Assembly (NCBI GenBank): GCA_965116495.1
Contig: OZ220696.1
Coordinates: 3,168,001-3,232,000, forward strand
DNA: 64,000 nucleotides
Reading direction: 5' to 3'
From: Gammaproteobacteria bacterium
Lineage (GTDB): Bacteria; Pseudomonadota; Gammaproteobacteria; Eutrophobiales; Eutrophobiaceae
Both the position numbers and the translations under genes were made by a program. The notes below the pieces were generated by a model. The model was not told the DNA's origin and did not search any database. It saw nothing but the letters and a program-made list of their open reading frames with translations. The stretch's first letter is position 1, and every line of letters begins with the position of its first letter. Of this stretch, positions 54,380 through 64,000 are shown one piece after another.

Positions 54380-55834
54380 CTAGTCGGATGCCTCTGCGTC
54401 CACCCAGTTGAAGCGGCTGCGCATTCTTACGAAACGGTTTGCGTCGCACTCGTCCAGCAGCACCTGCTGCAGGTCGTCCAGGCGTTGCACGGCCTGGCGC
54501 CGGTCTACGGACACATGCTCTCCATCCTGGACGATTGTCCGGCCCCTGACCATTACCCGGGCAATCGAATCCGGGCTTGGACCGTTGCCGAGGACCAGGT
54601 TGGGGATCATGGCGGCGGGCGGTGACAACTGGGTTTCGCCGCGCCGGTCGATGAGCAGCACGTCCGCATCCTTGCCCGCTTCCAGCGAACCGATGTGATC
54701 ATCCATCATCAATGCGCGCGCGCCGCCGATGGTGGCAAGCTCGAGGGCAAGCTCGGCGCTCCCGTACAGTATCTCCTCTCCCGTCCAGCGCGCTTTGGTG
54801 TCCGCGCTCAGCCGCCTGTGCTGGTCGCCCATTCGCTGCGCGGTGAGGAAGGCGCGCATGGCAGCCCACAGGTCATGACCGTAGGCTACGACCGGGCCGT
54901 CCACGCCGAGCCCGCAGGTGGCGCCCGTATCCAGGTACTGGCGCGCATTGAACGTGACCAGGCCCAGTACCTGCTCCATGTCCGGCACCAGTGCAACCGC
55001 CGCGCCCCGGTCGCGGATCAGTTCCGCTTCGCCGGGCCGCAGGTTTTGTGCATGGGCGGCAATAAGATTGGGGCCGAGAATGCCTTCGTTATCGAGCCAC
55101 TCGAATGAGCCTCCGTCCCAGCCGCGCCGTTCGCCCAGGTATTTCTGGTCGAACACGGCGGGGGCATGGATGTCAAACTGGCGGTCGTTCGCATCGGTCC
55201 ATTCCCACAGGGCCTTGAGCTGATCTGGTTCGCAATAGGTAATGCCGATGGTTGAGGCGGTAACCGAGATGCGGTCGTCTTCCCATGCCGATTTGACCCG
55301 CTCGGTCTCCGCCAGGCCGGTGTCCAGGTCTTCCCGGAAACCGTCCGGCACGGCGTTGGCGTCATTGATGGTCAGGCGCGCCATGCGGCAGCGCATGCCG
55401 GTATCCCGCACCGCTGCCAGCACGCCGTCGATGGAGCGCTTGTGCAGGTGGGTAAAGTGGTCATCCGCGGTCGTCGTCACGCCGCGGCGGACCAGGTCCA
55501 GCAGCGGCGGTAATGCAGCGTCGTAGGAACGCTGCTCATCGCAGGCGCCGGTCATCGGGTAGTAAAAACCGAACAGGCGCTCCTCGAAAGTGGTGCCTTC
55601 CGCCATGCCCCGGATACAGCCCTGGACCAGGTGGGAGTGGACGTTTACCAGTCCCGGCAGCACCAGGTAACCGGCGCCGCCGATTTCTTCATCGGCGGAA
55701 TAATCACAGGAGTTCGACGGCCCGACCGCGGTGATGCGTCCTCCGTCGATAGCAACATAACCGTCCATATAGACGGTCCGTTCTTCATCCATGGTGATAA
55801 CCATGCCGCGTAACAGCGTGTCACAATGTGTCAT
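54380..55834 (-). CDS. Amidohydrolase (AtzA/MtaD-like TIM barrel)
   Basis: LPGLVNVHSH, G.TT..D, AAHA, GVDG, ATIGGARAL, GSLEAGKDAD. Confidence 0.92.
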   Translation of the reverse strand: MTHCDTLLRGMVITMDEERTVYMDGYVAIDGGRITAVGPSNSCDYSADEEIGGAGYLVLPGLVNVHSHLVQGCIRGMAEGTTFEERLFGFYYPMTGACDEQRSYDAALPPLLDLVRRGVTTTADDHFTHLHKRSIDGVLAAVRDTGMRCRMARLTINDANAVPDGFREDLDTGLAETERVKSAWEDDRISVTASTIGITYCEPDQLKALWEWTDANDRQFDIHAPAVFDQKYLGERRGWDGGSFEWLDNEGILGPNLIAAHAQNLRPGEAELIRDRGAAVALVPDMEQVLGLVTFNARQYLDTGATCGLGVDGPVVAYGHDLWAAMRAFLTAQRMGDQHRRLSADTKARWTGEEILYGSAELALELATIGGARALMMDDHIGSLEAGKDADVLLIDRRGETQLSPPAAMIPNLVLGNGPSPDSIARVMVRGRTIVQDGEHVSVDRRQAVQRLDDLQQVLLDECDANRFVRMRSRFNWVDAEASD

Positions 55835-55835
55835 T

Positions 55836-56783
55836 TCATTTATCTCCTATTGTACGGGCTACACGAAAGCCGAAATTCCGGTAGCGCATGTTCTTGCTGT
55901 CCGCGCCGCCGAAGAAAAAACCGTAGCGGTTTGCCGAGCGCAGGAACCTCGGGTCATCGCGCCAGGAAGCGCCGCGCAGGATCGGGCGGGAACAGTCGCC
56001 TGTCAGCCATGCCGACCCGTCCGCGGGGGCGCCGTCATAAGTTTCATTCCAGCAGTCCGCGACCCATTCGGCCACGTTGCCCAGCATGTCGTGGAGGCCG
56101 AAGGCATTTGCCTGCAACGAACCCGCGGCTGCCGTATAGATGTATCCGTCCCGGCAATTGACGGAGGTCCAGCCGGGCTGGTCAGCGCCGTTGGCGTAGG
56201 GGCATCCGTCATCTGGAGAATTGCCCCAGTAGCGCGCGCTCTGCGTACCTGCGCGCGCCGCGTACTCCCACTCCGCTTCGCTGAGAAGCCGGTATTCCTC
56301 GCCGGTTTCAGCGCTCAACCAGTGCGTATAGGCCTGTGCGTCATGCCAGCTTACACAGACAACGGGATGGTCGTCCGTTTGCGTATACCCGGGGTTGCGC
56401 CAGTTGAACGAAGCGCTCTTTTCCGGTGCGGGCCCCGTGCGGAAAAAACACCCGTCTTCAATCACTGTTCCGGACTGAACGACGAACCGGGCAAATTCTC
56501 CCCGGGTAAGTTCGAACTTGCCCACCGCAAACGGTTTTTGAAACGTTACCCGGTGCCTGGGCAGTTCGTCATGCTGCTGCCGGGTAGCGCCCGTGTCGGC
56601 GCCCATCGTGAATTCACCCGGTGCAATGACAACCATCAACGGACAGTGCGCGCAGTCACGGAATTCATTATCGGGTGTGAGGGTATATTCGTAACCCGCA
56701 ACCAACGGGGAATGTGAAGCCCCCGCCAGCAGGAGCAATGCTGATATAAGAAACCCGGCGCTGTGTGTGGGTAGTATCCGCAT
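55836..56783 (-). CDS. Secreted FGE/SUMF1-fold protein
   Basis: FRDCAHCP.MV, FTMG, HPVVCVSW, RLLSEAEWEYAAR, DMLGNVAEW, RGASW, GFRVAR; no catalytic Cys pair after RGxSW. Confidence 0.9.
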   Translation of the reverse strand: MRILPTHSAGFLISALLLLAGASHSPLVAGYEYTLTPDNEFRDCAHCPLMVVIAPGEFTMGADTGATRQQHDELPRHRVTFQKPFAVGKFELTRGEFARFVVQSGTVIEDGCFFRTGPAPEKSASFNWRNPGYTQTDDHPVVCVSWHDAQAYTHWLSAETGEEYRLLSEAEWEYAARAGTQSARYWGNSPDDGCPYANGADQPGWTSVNCRDGYIYTAAAGSLQANAFGLHDMLGNVAEWVADCWNETYDGAPADGSAWLTGDCSRPILRGASWRDDPRFLRSANRYGFFFGGADSKNMRYRNFGFRVARTIGDK

Positions 56784-57165
56784 ACATTATTTATCGTATG
56801 ATAATTAGAATGACAATTCACTAAATAATAACGCTTATACGGAAAATACGGGCATGAAACCCGGTTTCCGGGTTGAATTATTATTGGCAATCAACGGGCC
56901 GGATGAAGTATTCTTAACCAACCCGGATTTCTCACCAGGTCGCTTGTTGCTATCTGGAACATTTATGCTGTCAATAAGTTATGGTAATCTTCTCACCATG
57001 CCGTTATTACCGACTGCGCTTGATGCGCCCTCACTTGTCTTTTTCCCGCCAGTGGGCACGTGCTTCCTCAACCAGAGCTACGACTATGCTTTCGGTCGCA
57101 GGCACTCACTGGCGGGAAAAATCCTGCGTGATCATCGCATCACCTGGTGAGAAATCCGGGCTGTT

Positions 57166-57927
57166 ATGAAGAACAAGGTCGTAAAGTCGGTCGGCAGGGT
57201 GATTAACGTCCTGGAACTGTTTCGGGAACAGCAGTCCCCAATGACGGCAACGGAGATTTGCAGGCACCTGGATTATCCCAAGTCAAGCGCTGACGCGCTT
57301 CTGAAAAGCCTGGTCAGCCTCGGTTATATCTCCCTGGATTCACAGACGATGCAGTATTTCCCGTCATTGCGGGTGACCAAGCTCGGCGACTGGTTGCCGG
57401 GCGTACTGTTCAGCAGCGGCCATACCCTGAACATGCTTGAGGACCTTAACCGCCGCACACAGGAGACAGTCAGCCTGGCCATGCCGAATGTCCTGAGCAT
57501 GCAGTTTATCACCGTAATACCCGGAACTTTCCCGATCTCCCTCATGGTGCGTGAAGGTTTCAACGTACCAATCTTCACAACCGCCCTCGGCATTGCGCAC
57601 CTTGCCACGCGCTCGGACCAGGACATAGAGATACTGGCCAGGCGGGCGAATCGCCGCACCTCCCAGGGGCATACACGGGTTGACCTGGCAACGGTCATGG
57701 GTGAAATTGACACGGCGCGCGCCAGGGGTTATGCCGAAGCCTATGAGCGCGTTCTGCCTGATACCGGCGCCATTGCGACAGCTTTGCCCACCGGCTTGCA
57801 TGACCGCGCCCTGGTCATTTCGGTCGGCGGTCTGGCCGAGCGCATCAGGAAGAATCAACAGGACATAATCCAGCAGATGCGCCAGGTCATAACACAATTC
57901 GGCCACGACCAGGCGGCGCACGTATAA
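57166..57927 (+). CDS. IclR family regulator
   Basis: VKSVGRVINVLELF...PKSS..LL.SL..LGY HTH; TALGIAHL; RARGYA. Confidence 0.93.
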   Translation: MKNKVVKSVGRVINVLELFREQQSPMTATEICRHLDYPKSSADALLKSLVSLGYISLDSQTMQYFPSLRVTKLGDWLPGVLFSSGHTLNMLEDLNRRTQETVSLAMPNVLSMQFITVIPGTFPISLMVREGFNVPIFTTALGIAHLATRSDQDIEILARRANRRTSQGHTRVDLATVMGEIDTARARGYAEAYERVLPDTGAIATALPTGLHDRALVISVGGLAERIRKNQQDIIQQMRQVITQFGHDQAAHV

Positions 57928-58042
57928 GCCTCGGTCAAGCCATACAAGCGCTTTGCCATCGCGCCCGCTGCCGGGGCGTACAGTTTCACCTTCCCGGGCC
58001 CGGTAAACGCAGAACAACAGTTACCGTCAGCAATCTGGCGGC

Positions 58043-58120
58043 TATAGTTAATTCCCATATATGAATTAACTATACATATCAGGGAATTTTGTTGACAGCC
58101 TGCAACTCCCCTTTTACAGT
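58043..58120 (+). promoter_or_regulatory. Sigma70-like promoter with upstream palindromic operator
   Basis: TTGACA 58092-97, 17-bp spacer, TACAGT 58115-20; perfect 12-bp arms TATAGTTAATTC/GAATTAACTATA at 58043-58074. Confidence 0.65.
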
Positions 58121-58218
58121 ACGGTTAATATAACAAACAGGCCTGCCCGTACTGATTCCGCTCCGGATCAGTACACATCCCTGGACAACTGATCGTGAGC
58201 CTTGACGGCTGAAAGCTG

Positions 58219-59106
58219 ATGAAAAGCGGTTACATTGACATAGTCTGCAACCTATATACGCCCCAGACCGTACAGGAGGGACGTACCGGTATTGACGATG
58301 AGTTCAAGCAGCAGGTGCGCATGCCCGGGGACATGCGGGATGGCGTGGGCATCGAGGACTATCTCGGGAAAATGGACCGGTCGAATATCGAACGATCCCT
58401 GCTGATTGCCGTGCGGGCAGGGGACCTGAGGGTGCGCGGGTCGTTTGAAGTGCCTTACGACTATGTGCACGAGGTCTGCCGGCAGTACCCGGAGCGGTTT
58501 TCCGGGCTTGCGGGTGTGGACCCGACACGGGGCATGCAGGGACTCAGGGACCTGGAGGTTGCGGTACGCGATTACGGATTTGTCGGCGCGCACTGGTATC
58601 CGCACTGGTTCGCAATGCCGCCTGACGCCGCCCGGATCTATCCTTATTACGCCAAGTGCTGTGAACTGGACATCCCGATCATGATGCAGGTCGGCCAGAA
58701 CCTGGTGTACAGCCGTGAGCGCCGCCTGCCGTCGGTCGGCAGGCCCATCCTGCTCGACCAGGTCGCGATCGATTTTCCCGAACTCAGGCTCATCGGCATT
58801 CACATCGGCGTACCCTGGACCGACGAAATGATCGCCATGTGCTGGAAGCATGACAACGTGTATACCGCCGGGGACGCCTATGCGCCGCGTTACTGGCCTG
58901 CCTCGTACCTGCATTACGCAAATTCATACGGCCGGCATAAAGTGATGTTCGGCACCGACTGGCCGGTCATCGACCCCGAGCGGAGCGTAAAAGAGGTTGC
59001 CGAACTCGATCTGAAAGCGGCATCCAGGCGCCTGTTGATGCGTGACAATGCCCTGCGGGTATTCCGCCTGCCGGGCCACGAAGACTTGCCGGCAGGGGAT
59101 GTATGA
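58219..59106 (+). CDS. Amidohydrolase_2 family protein
   Basis: YPYYAKCCELDIP, FPELRLIGIHIG.PW, KVMFGTDWP, NALRVF. Confidence 0.9.
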   Translation: MKSGYIDIVCNLYTPQTVQEGRTGIDDEFKQQVRMPGDMRDGVGIEDYLGKMDRSNIERSLLIAVRAGDLRVRGSFEVPYDYVHEVCRQYPERFSGLAGVDPTRGMQGLRDLEVAVRDYGFVGAHWYPHWFAMPPDAARIYPYYAKCCELDIPIMMQVGQNLVYSRERRLPSVGRPILLDQVAIDFPELRLIGIHIGVPWTDEMIAMCWKHDNVYTAGDAYAPRYWPASYLHYANSYGRHKVMFGTDWPVIDPERSVKEVAELDLKAASRRLLMRDNALRVFRLPGHEDLPAGDV

Positions 59107-60656
59107 GTATGGAGACGGTCGGCGCCGGCAGCAGTGAGTTGCCGCAACCGCATTCCCTGCCTTCACTGGCCGGCGGTATTCGAACCGCAATGCAGCGAAA
59201 CCCGTCGAAGACCGCATTGCAGGATTCGAACGGTACCCGCAGTTACCGGCAACTGGTTGAGCGGATCGACCGCATCACCCATAGATTCGTGCATGACCTC
59301 GCGCTGGGCATGCACGATCGCGTCGCGATTCTCGCAGGTAACTCGATCGAATATATCGAGGTAACCGTGGGCGCCTCGCAGGCGGGGGTTGCCCTTGCCA
59401 AAATCAATCCCCGGCTCAGTAACAAGGAAGTAATATCAATCTGTGACGATGCACAGGCGCGCGTCCTGTTTGTCGATGCCGGCAACGCGGAACGGGTGCG
59501 GGATTGCAGGTTTGCGAGTGTCGAACGCATCATCGGGTTCGGACCTGAACTCGAAAGCTGGATTGCCGGGTCAAACCCAACTCCGTCACCCGCGCAGGTC
59601 CCCGGGCGCAATGTCTTCATAATTCCCTATACCTCCGGGACCACCGGCCGTCCGAAAGGGGTAATGATCTCACACCAGGCGCGGCTTCTCCTGCTGTACG
59701 CCAAGGCAGTGGAGTATGGCTGCTTTTCGTCAGACGATCGCTTTTTGGCCATCACCCCGTTGTGCCATGGGGCAGGGATAACCTTCGCCCTGGCGCCGCT
59801 GTATTTCGGCGGTTTTACCCGGATAATGGAACGGTTCGACCCGGAGGCCGTACTGAAAGCGTGTACCGATGAACGCATCAGCGGTGTTTTCATGGTGCCC
59901 ACCCACTTTCACGGTATTTTTGCCCAGGAGGAACGGCTGCTGGCAAAATACCGGGATCACGGCCTGCAGACGATTATCTCGAACGCCGCGCCGCTGCCGC
60001 AGGCAACCAAGGAAAGAATCGTGGAGTATTTCGGTGACGGACTGCTGCACGAGTGTTACGGCTCCACCGAGGCCGGGATCGTTACCAACCTCCGGCCTGA
60101 GGACCAGTTGATAAAACAGAACTGCGTGGGCTTGCCGTTCACTTCCACGTTGGTGAAGATTGCCGATGAACAGGGCAACGAGTGCGCCGTGGACGAGGTC
60201 GGTGAATTATTTTCACAGAGCCCGTTCCTGTTTGATGGTTACCTGAACAATCCCGGGGAAACAGCCGATGCCCTTCGTGACGGCTGGGTGACGGTAGGCG
60301 ACCTGGCGCGCCGGGACCGCGAGGGCTATATCTACATTGCGGACCGGAAAAAAGACATGATTATATCCGGCGGGGTCAATATCTACCCGAGGGAGATTGA
60401 GAACGTACTCAATGACTATCCGGGCATAACCGAGGCAGGGGTGATAGGCGTACCCGACGCCAGGTGGGGGGAGCGTCTGAAAGCGTTTATTGTGGCCGAA
60501 CCGGGCGAACGCTTCGACTATGACAAGGTCGTTGATTATTGCGCGACCAGGCTGGCCCGCTTCAAGGTGCCGCGGGAATTTGAGGCCATAGACAAATTAC
60601 CCAGGAATACCACGGGGAAGTTATTGAAGCAGGCCTTGAGGGAAAGGGCTACCTAG
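59103..60656 (+). CDS. AMP-dependent acyl-CoA synthetase
   Basis: YTSGTTGRPKG, YGSTE, GDL, DRKKDMIISGG.N, LPRNTTGK. Confidence 0.95.
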   Translation: MSMETVGAGSSELPQPHSLPSLAGGIRTAMQRNPSKTALQDSNGTRSYRQLVERIDRITHRFVHDLALGMHDRVAILAGNSIEYIEVTVGASQAGVALAKINPRLSNKEVISICDDAQARVLFVDAGNAERVRDCRFASVERIIGFGPELESWIAGSNPTPSPAQVPGRNVFIIPYTSGTTGRPKGVMISHQARLLLLYAKAVEYGCFSSDDRFLAITPLCHGAGITFALAPLYFGGFTRIMERFDPEAVLKACTDERISGVFMVPTHFHGIFAQEERLLAKYRDHGLQTIISNAAPLPQATKERIVEYFGDGLLHECYGSTEAGIVTNLRPEDQLIKQNCVGLPFTSTLVKIADEQGNECAVDEVGELFSQSPFLFDGYLNNPGETADALRDGWVTVGDLARRDREGYIYIADRKKDMIISGGVNIYPREIENVLNDYPGITEAGVIGVPDARWGERLKAFIVAEPGERFDYDKVVDYCATRLARFKVPREFEAIDKLPRNTTGKLLKQALRERAT

Positions 60657-60732
60657 CCCGGCATGCCGGGGTGTCCGGATGCCCGGCCTGGCCCAGTGTG
60701 CTGCCGGACAGGGGTCGAGCTCGGCGAGACGA

Positions 60733-63066
60733 TCAGTTTCGGCCCTGCGCAGTGCGGCGCAGCGCCGGCAATGTCCAGGGCACGCGCCACGGTGCGCGCA
60801 CGTAACGGTTCCCGTCAAGCTCATGTACGAGGTCGATAGCGCGCACCTGGGGATGGTCCATTAACGCGCCGAGTTCGGCAAACTCGACCGCCCAGACATT
60901 GCCGTAGCATTCTGCTATTTTCAGAACCTGCCGGGTCGTCAGCCTGCGGGTGTGCTTCTCCCACAGCGGTTTGGCCTGCCTGGCCAGGTACCCCAGGCCG
61001 AAGGTGTACCACCAGTTCTCGGCATAATCGGCGTTCTCTGCCAGTTCGTCGTACATACCGAGTTCCTGCAGCATGCTGAAAAAATCTTCCTTGCTCAGGT
61101 GGGGTGACGGACTCAGGTAGACGGTGCCGTCCCTGGTACGGTAGCCGTTGTGCGGACTGTCGGTCTCGTTGGTACAGTATGAATCACCCAGCCATTCGTC
61201 AGGGTTGCTCAGCGCGGCCCATTGCTGGCTGCGCAGGCTCATCATGGCGCCGAGCAGGCTGGTGGCGACGCGCTGGCCGCGGCCGGACCTTTCCCGGTGA
61301 TAAAGCGCCGCGAGCACGCCGATAAATGCGACTGAACCGGTACACGTGCCCACGATGTCCGCGCCGACACGCACCGGCGGTTCGCCAAGCTGGCCCAGCA
61401 GCCGCAGGTATCCGGTCATCGACTGGATGACGAGTTCACTGCCGGGGTGGTTGCGCAGCGGTCCCTTCTCACCAAATGGGCTGAGAGCCAGGTAGACCAG
61501 GCGCGGGTTTGCGCCGGCCAGCAGTTCATAACCGAGGTTGCGCTGCTCAGCGACATCCGGACCCCAGTCCTCGAGCAGGATATCGGCATGCGCACCCAGT
61601 TTCAGCAGTTCCTGTTGGCCGGAGGGGCTGTCCAGGTCCAGCACAATACTGTCCTTGTTGCGGTTGAAGGCTTCAAACAATGCGCTGTTTCCCGCTGGTG
61701 TTTGCGGCGCAAGCTGCCGCGCCCAGTCCCCGCCGGGCGGTTCAACCTTGATGACATCGGCGCCGGCCTCGGCCAGCAACAGGCCCAGGTACGGTCCGGC
61801 ATAGCCCTGGGTTGCGTCGATGACGCGCAGGCCCGTCAGGGGAGATGCGGTTTTCTCCGGACCAGCAGGGCGTTGTGCGGGTCGCGGGTCGCCGCTGAAA
61901 CCGCTGGTTAAAATCCGCTCCGTGTGTTCACCCGGCACCGCAACGCGGGGGTCGATCTGCGCCGGCGTCTCGCTGAACTGCCAGGGCACGCCGCCCAGGA
62001 ACATCGGGCCCATGTGAGGCGGATGCACGGTGGTGAGGAACTCGTTCTCCACCACCTGCTGGTGGTGCCGGATCTGTTCAAAGTCCAGGATAAACCCGTG
62101 CGGTACGCCTTCATTCTCAAAACGCACGACCCACCAGCGTTTCGGTTTCTCCCCGATTAACCCGTCCAGCAGCGCGGCCAGTTGTTCACGGTGTTCCACC
62201 CTGTTCGTATTCCCGCTAAAGCGCGGGTCTGTCAGCAAGTCCTCCCTGCCCGTGGCGCGGCACAGCCCCTGCCACTGCGCCTGGGTATCGCAGGCCACTG
62301 CAATGTATTCCCCATCCAGCGTCCGGAAACACTGGTTCGGCGCGCTGGCTGAAGAGGCGCTCCCCAGCAGTTCGGTCGGTTTGCCTGCCAGCAGCGTCTC
62401 CGCGACGCGGTTCATCTGCATGGCGATGCCCATGGCAAAGTGGCTGGTCTTCAGGTGGCACGCCGGCCCGAACCGCTCTCGCTGCAGCAAACCCAGTAAC
62501 GAAAGGCCGGCAACGACGGCGGATCCGGCGGGGTCCATGTGTACGAAACGCAGCATTTCCGGCGTGCCGCCGGGCGCACCGTTGAGACTGCCGAAGCCGC
62601 TGAAAGCCTGTACGTGGGGGTCCAGCGCGGCCCGGTCACGCATCGGCCCGACGTCGCCCCAGCTACTGCTGGATACGTACACCAGCCCCGGGTTCAATTC
62701 GTTGAGGGCAGCGTAACCGAGACCGATACGGTCCGACACGCCGGGGCGGAAATTCTCGATCAACACGTCCGCCTGTTGCGCGAGGCGCCGTACCGCTGCC
62801 AGGTGGTCGGGTTGCTTGATGTCCAGCTCGCTTGAAAGCTGGTGGGCATTGCTCGAGGTGTAGCAGGTAGACAGCCCTTTCTGCATGGGGTGCAGGAAAC
62901 GGATGAACTCACCCTTGGGACGCTCGACCTTGATTGCCTCGGCGCCCAGGTGCGCCAGCAGGGAGGCAGCCCACGGCCCGACGATTGACGTGCCGATATT
63001 CAATACCTTGATACCGGATAACGGCCCGGGTAGTTGATGGTCAATACTCTGCATCTGCACGCTCAT
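60733..63066 (-). CDS. Tandem-fused family III (CaiB/BaiF) CoA-transferase
   Basis: Two domains: PLSGIKVL...LGAEAIKVE...ENFRPG and PLTGLRVID...AGADVIKVEPPGGD; start taken as ATG 63066. Confidence 0.92.
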   Translation of the reverse strand: MSVQMQSIDHQLPGPLSGIKVLNIGTSIVGPWAASLLAHLGAEAIKVERPKGEFIRFLHPMQKGLSTCYTSSNAHQLSSELDIKQPDHLAAVRRLAQQADVLIENFRPGVSDRIGLGYAALNELNPGLVYVSSSSWGDVGPMRDRAALDPHVQAFSGFGSLNGAPGGTPEMLRFVHMDPAGSAVVAGLSLLGLLQRERFGPACHLKTSHFAMGIAMQMNRVAETLLAGKPTELLGSASSASAPNQCFRTLDGEYIAVACDTQAQWQGLCRATGREDLLTDPRFSGNTNRVEHREQLAALLDGLIGEKPKRWWVVRFENEGVPHGFILDFEQIRHHQQVVENEFLTTVHPPHMGPMFLGGVPWQFSETPAQIDPRVAVPGEHTERILTSGFSGDPRPAQRPAGPEKTASPLTGLRVIDATQGYAGPYLGLLLAEAGADVIKVEPPGGDWARQLAPQTPAGNSALFEAFNRNKDSIVLDLDSPSGQQELLKLGAHADILLEDWGPDVAEQRNLGYELLAGANPRLVYLALSPFGEKGPLRNHPGSELVIQSMTGYLRLLGQLGEPPVRVGADIVGTCTGSVAFIGVLAALYHRERSGRGQRVATSLLGAMMSLRSQQWAALSNPDEWLGDSYCTNETDSPHNGYRTRDGTVYLSPSPHLSKEDFFSMLQELGMYDELAENADYAENWWYTFGLGYLARQAKPLWEKHTRRLTTRQVLKIAECYGNVWAVEFAELGALMDHPQVRAIDLVHELDGNRYVRAPWRVPWTLPALRRTAQGRN

Positions 63067-63222
63067 GAATTTACCGAACTCGATTATATCCGTGTGCGGA
63101 TTTCGCGGTGGAATATTTCGCCTGCCGGAGCGAAGCACGGCAACTGCCGGGGCGGAACCATGGCTGCGAGGTTACCGGCCCGGGGCAACCTCACCTCGGG
63201 CTGTAACCTGTCAGGCGGTTGG

Positions 63223-64000
63223 TTAAAACCTGTAACTTATCCGTGCTCCGTATGCCGGTCTGGATATAAGAGCGCCGGCCGGCGCACGTCCGAAGAAACC
63301 GTTGAGCCCGGATAAATCAAACAGCAGAAAAAGCTGGCTGTATTCTTTCTCGTTAAAAATGTTGGTGCCGTAGAGTTCCAGGCGCCAGTTCTCATTTTCC
63401 ACGCCTGCCCGCAGGTTTACGATGTGTGACTCACCGGTCTTGGCAAGGTTGGCGGCAGACAGCCAGGTAGTGCCGCGAAACAGGTAATCGAGCCGGCCGA
63501 ACCAGTCGAGATCGGTGCTCATCAACTGGTCCGTAAAGGTCAGCGAGGCAGTGCCACTGTGTTCCGGATAACGTGAAAACTCGTTATCGGAGCCATTCAG
63601 GGCAGCCCGGTTCCCCAGCAATGCCAGGGCATCGCCGCTGGCCAGTTTCTTGATCTCCGTCTTGTTCCAGGAGTAGGTGGCATCAACAATGATGTTCTCT
63701 GACAGCAGCGCCGTCCCTTCGAACTCGATCCCGTATATGTTGGCATCGCCACCGCCGGTAACCGCCGATGCGAAGGCAGGCTCACCGGCATCCGTGATAT
63801 AGGCGATGCTCTCAGGTTGCTGGACGCTCTCCCAGTCGCCGTAATAGCCGGTCAGCGCAAACCGGGCGCGGCCGTCCGCCAGTGAGCCCTTCACGCCGAT
63901 CTCGTAGCTGGTCAGATCTTCTTCGTCCACCGAGGTATCTGCGCCGGTCTGGGTCCGGATCTGCGCCAGCTCCGCCTCGCTCAGGTTGATCAGGGCCAGG
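63223..64000 (-). CDS. TonB-dependent receptor, C-terminal part (starts beyond window)
   Basis: SYEIGVKG, YGIEFE, VNLRAG, N.FN..Y, C-terminal ISYRF. Confidence 0.92.
   Translation of the reverse strand, partial: LALINLSEAELAQIRTQTGADTSVDEEDLTSYEIGVKGSLADGRARFALTGYYGDWESVQQPESIAYITDAGEPAFASAVTGGGDANIYGIEFEGTALLSENIIVDATYSWNKTEIKKLASGDALALLGNRAALNGSDNEFSRYPEHSGTASLTFTDQLMSTDLDWFGRLDYLFRGTTWLSAANLAKTGESHIVNLRAGVENENWRLELYGTNIFNEKEYSQLFLLFDLSGLNGFFGRAPAGALISRPAYGARISYRF

Noticed and set aside
56854-57169. Short ORFs upstream of IclR
   Set aside because: No motifs or RBS; they lie in a divergent regulatory region.
60657-60690. GGCATGCC-centred hairpins (also 50781-50816)
   Set aside because: Too short and GC-rich to distinguish from chance or a simple terminator; not reported as a family.

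Overview
GC-rich bacterial DNA, probably gammaproteobacterial (inferred from gene content). No rRNA, tRNA, CRISPR array or intact transposase was recognised. (1) 1-2.4 kb: a partial AddB/PD-(D/E)XK-like repair gene and an M48 peptidase. (2) 2.7-15.3 kb: a co-directional envelope cluster that is the best candidate for an undescribed system. It has four lipoproteins, a membrane-anchored TPR protein, a PEGA-repeat/non-catalytic FGE-fold protein, a tiny secreted acidic 'FPVDI' protein, a MotA/TolQ/ExbB channel, a degenerate Hsp70/actin-fold+FHA protein, and two ExbD/MotB-like (TM-Asp) subunits carrying coiled coil + vWA domains. A decayed MNT-HEPN pair interrupts it. (3) 15.3-64 kb: a large catabolic/uptake region with two TonB-dependent receptors, MFS/TSUP transporters, Tat-exported flavoenzymes, DUF1838-like and bicupin proteins, SDRs and hydrolases. 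It also holds several enzymes with atypical architecture or active sites: an ATP-grasp+phospho-His protein without a substrate domain, an M24 protein with Asp->Cys, a triple Rid and a fused CoA-transferase. At least four families of REP/MITE-like palindromes are scattered through the intergenic DNA, along with a small island of 7/11-repeat coiled-coil genes and a low-GC, possibly circularly permuted GIY-YIG-like ORF. All product calls come from motif recognition by eye; no database searches were run.
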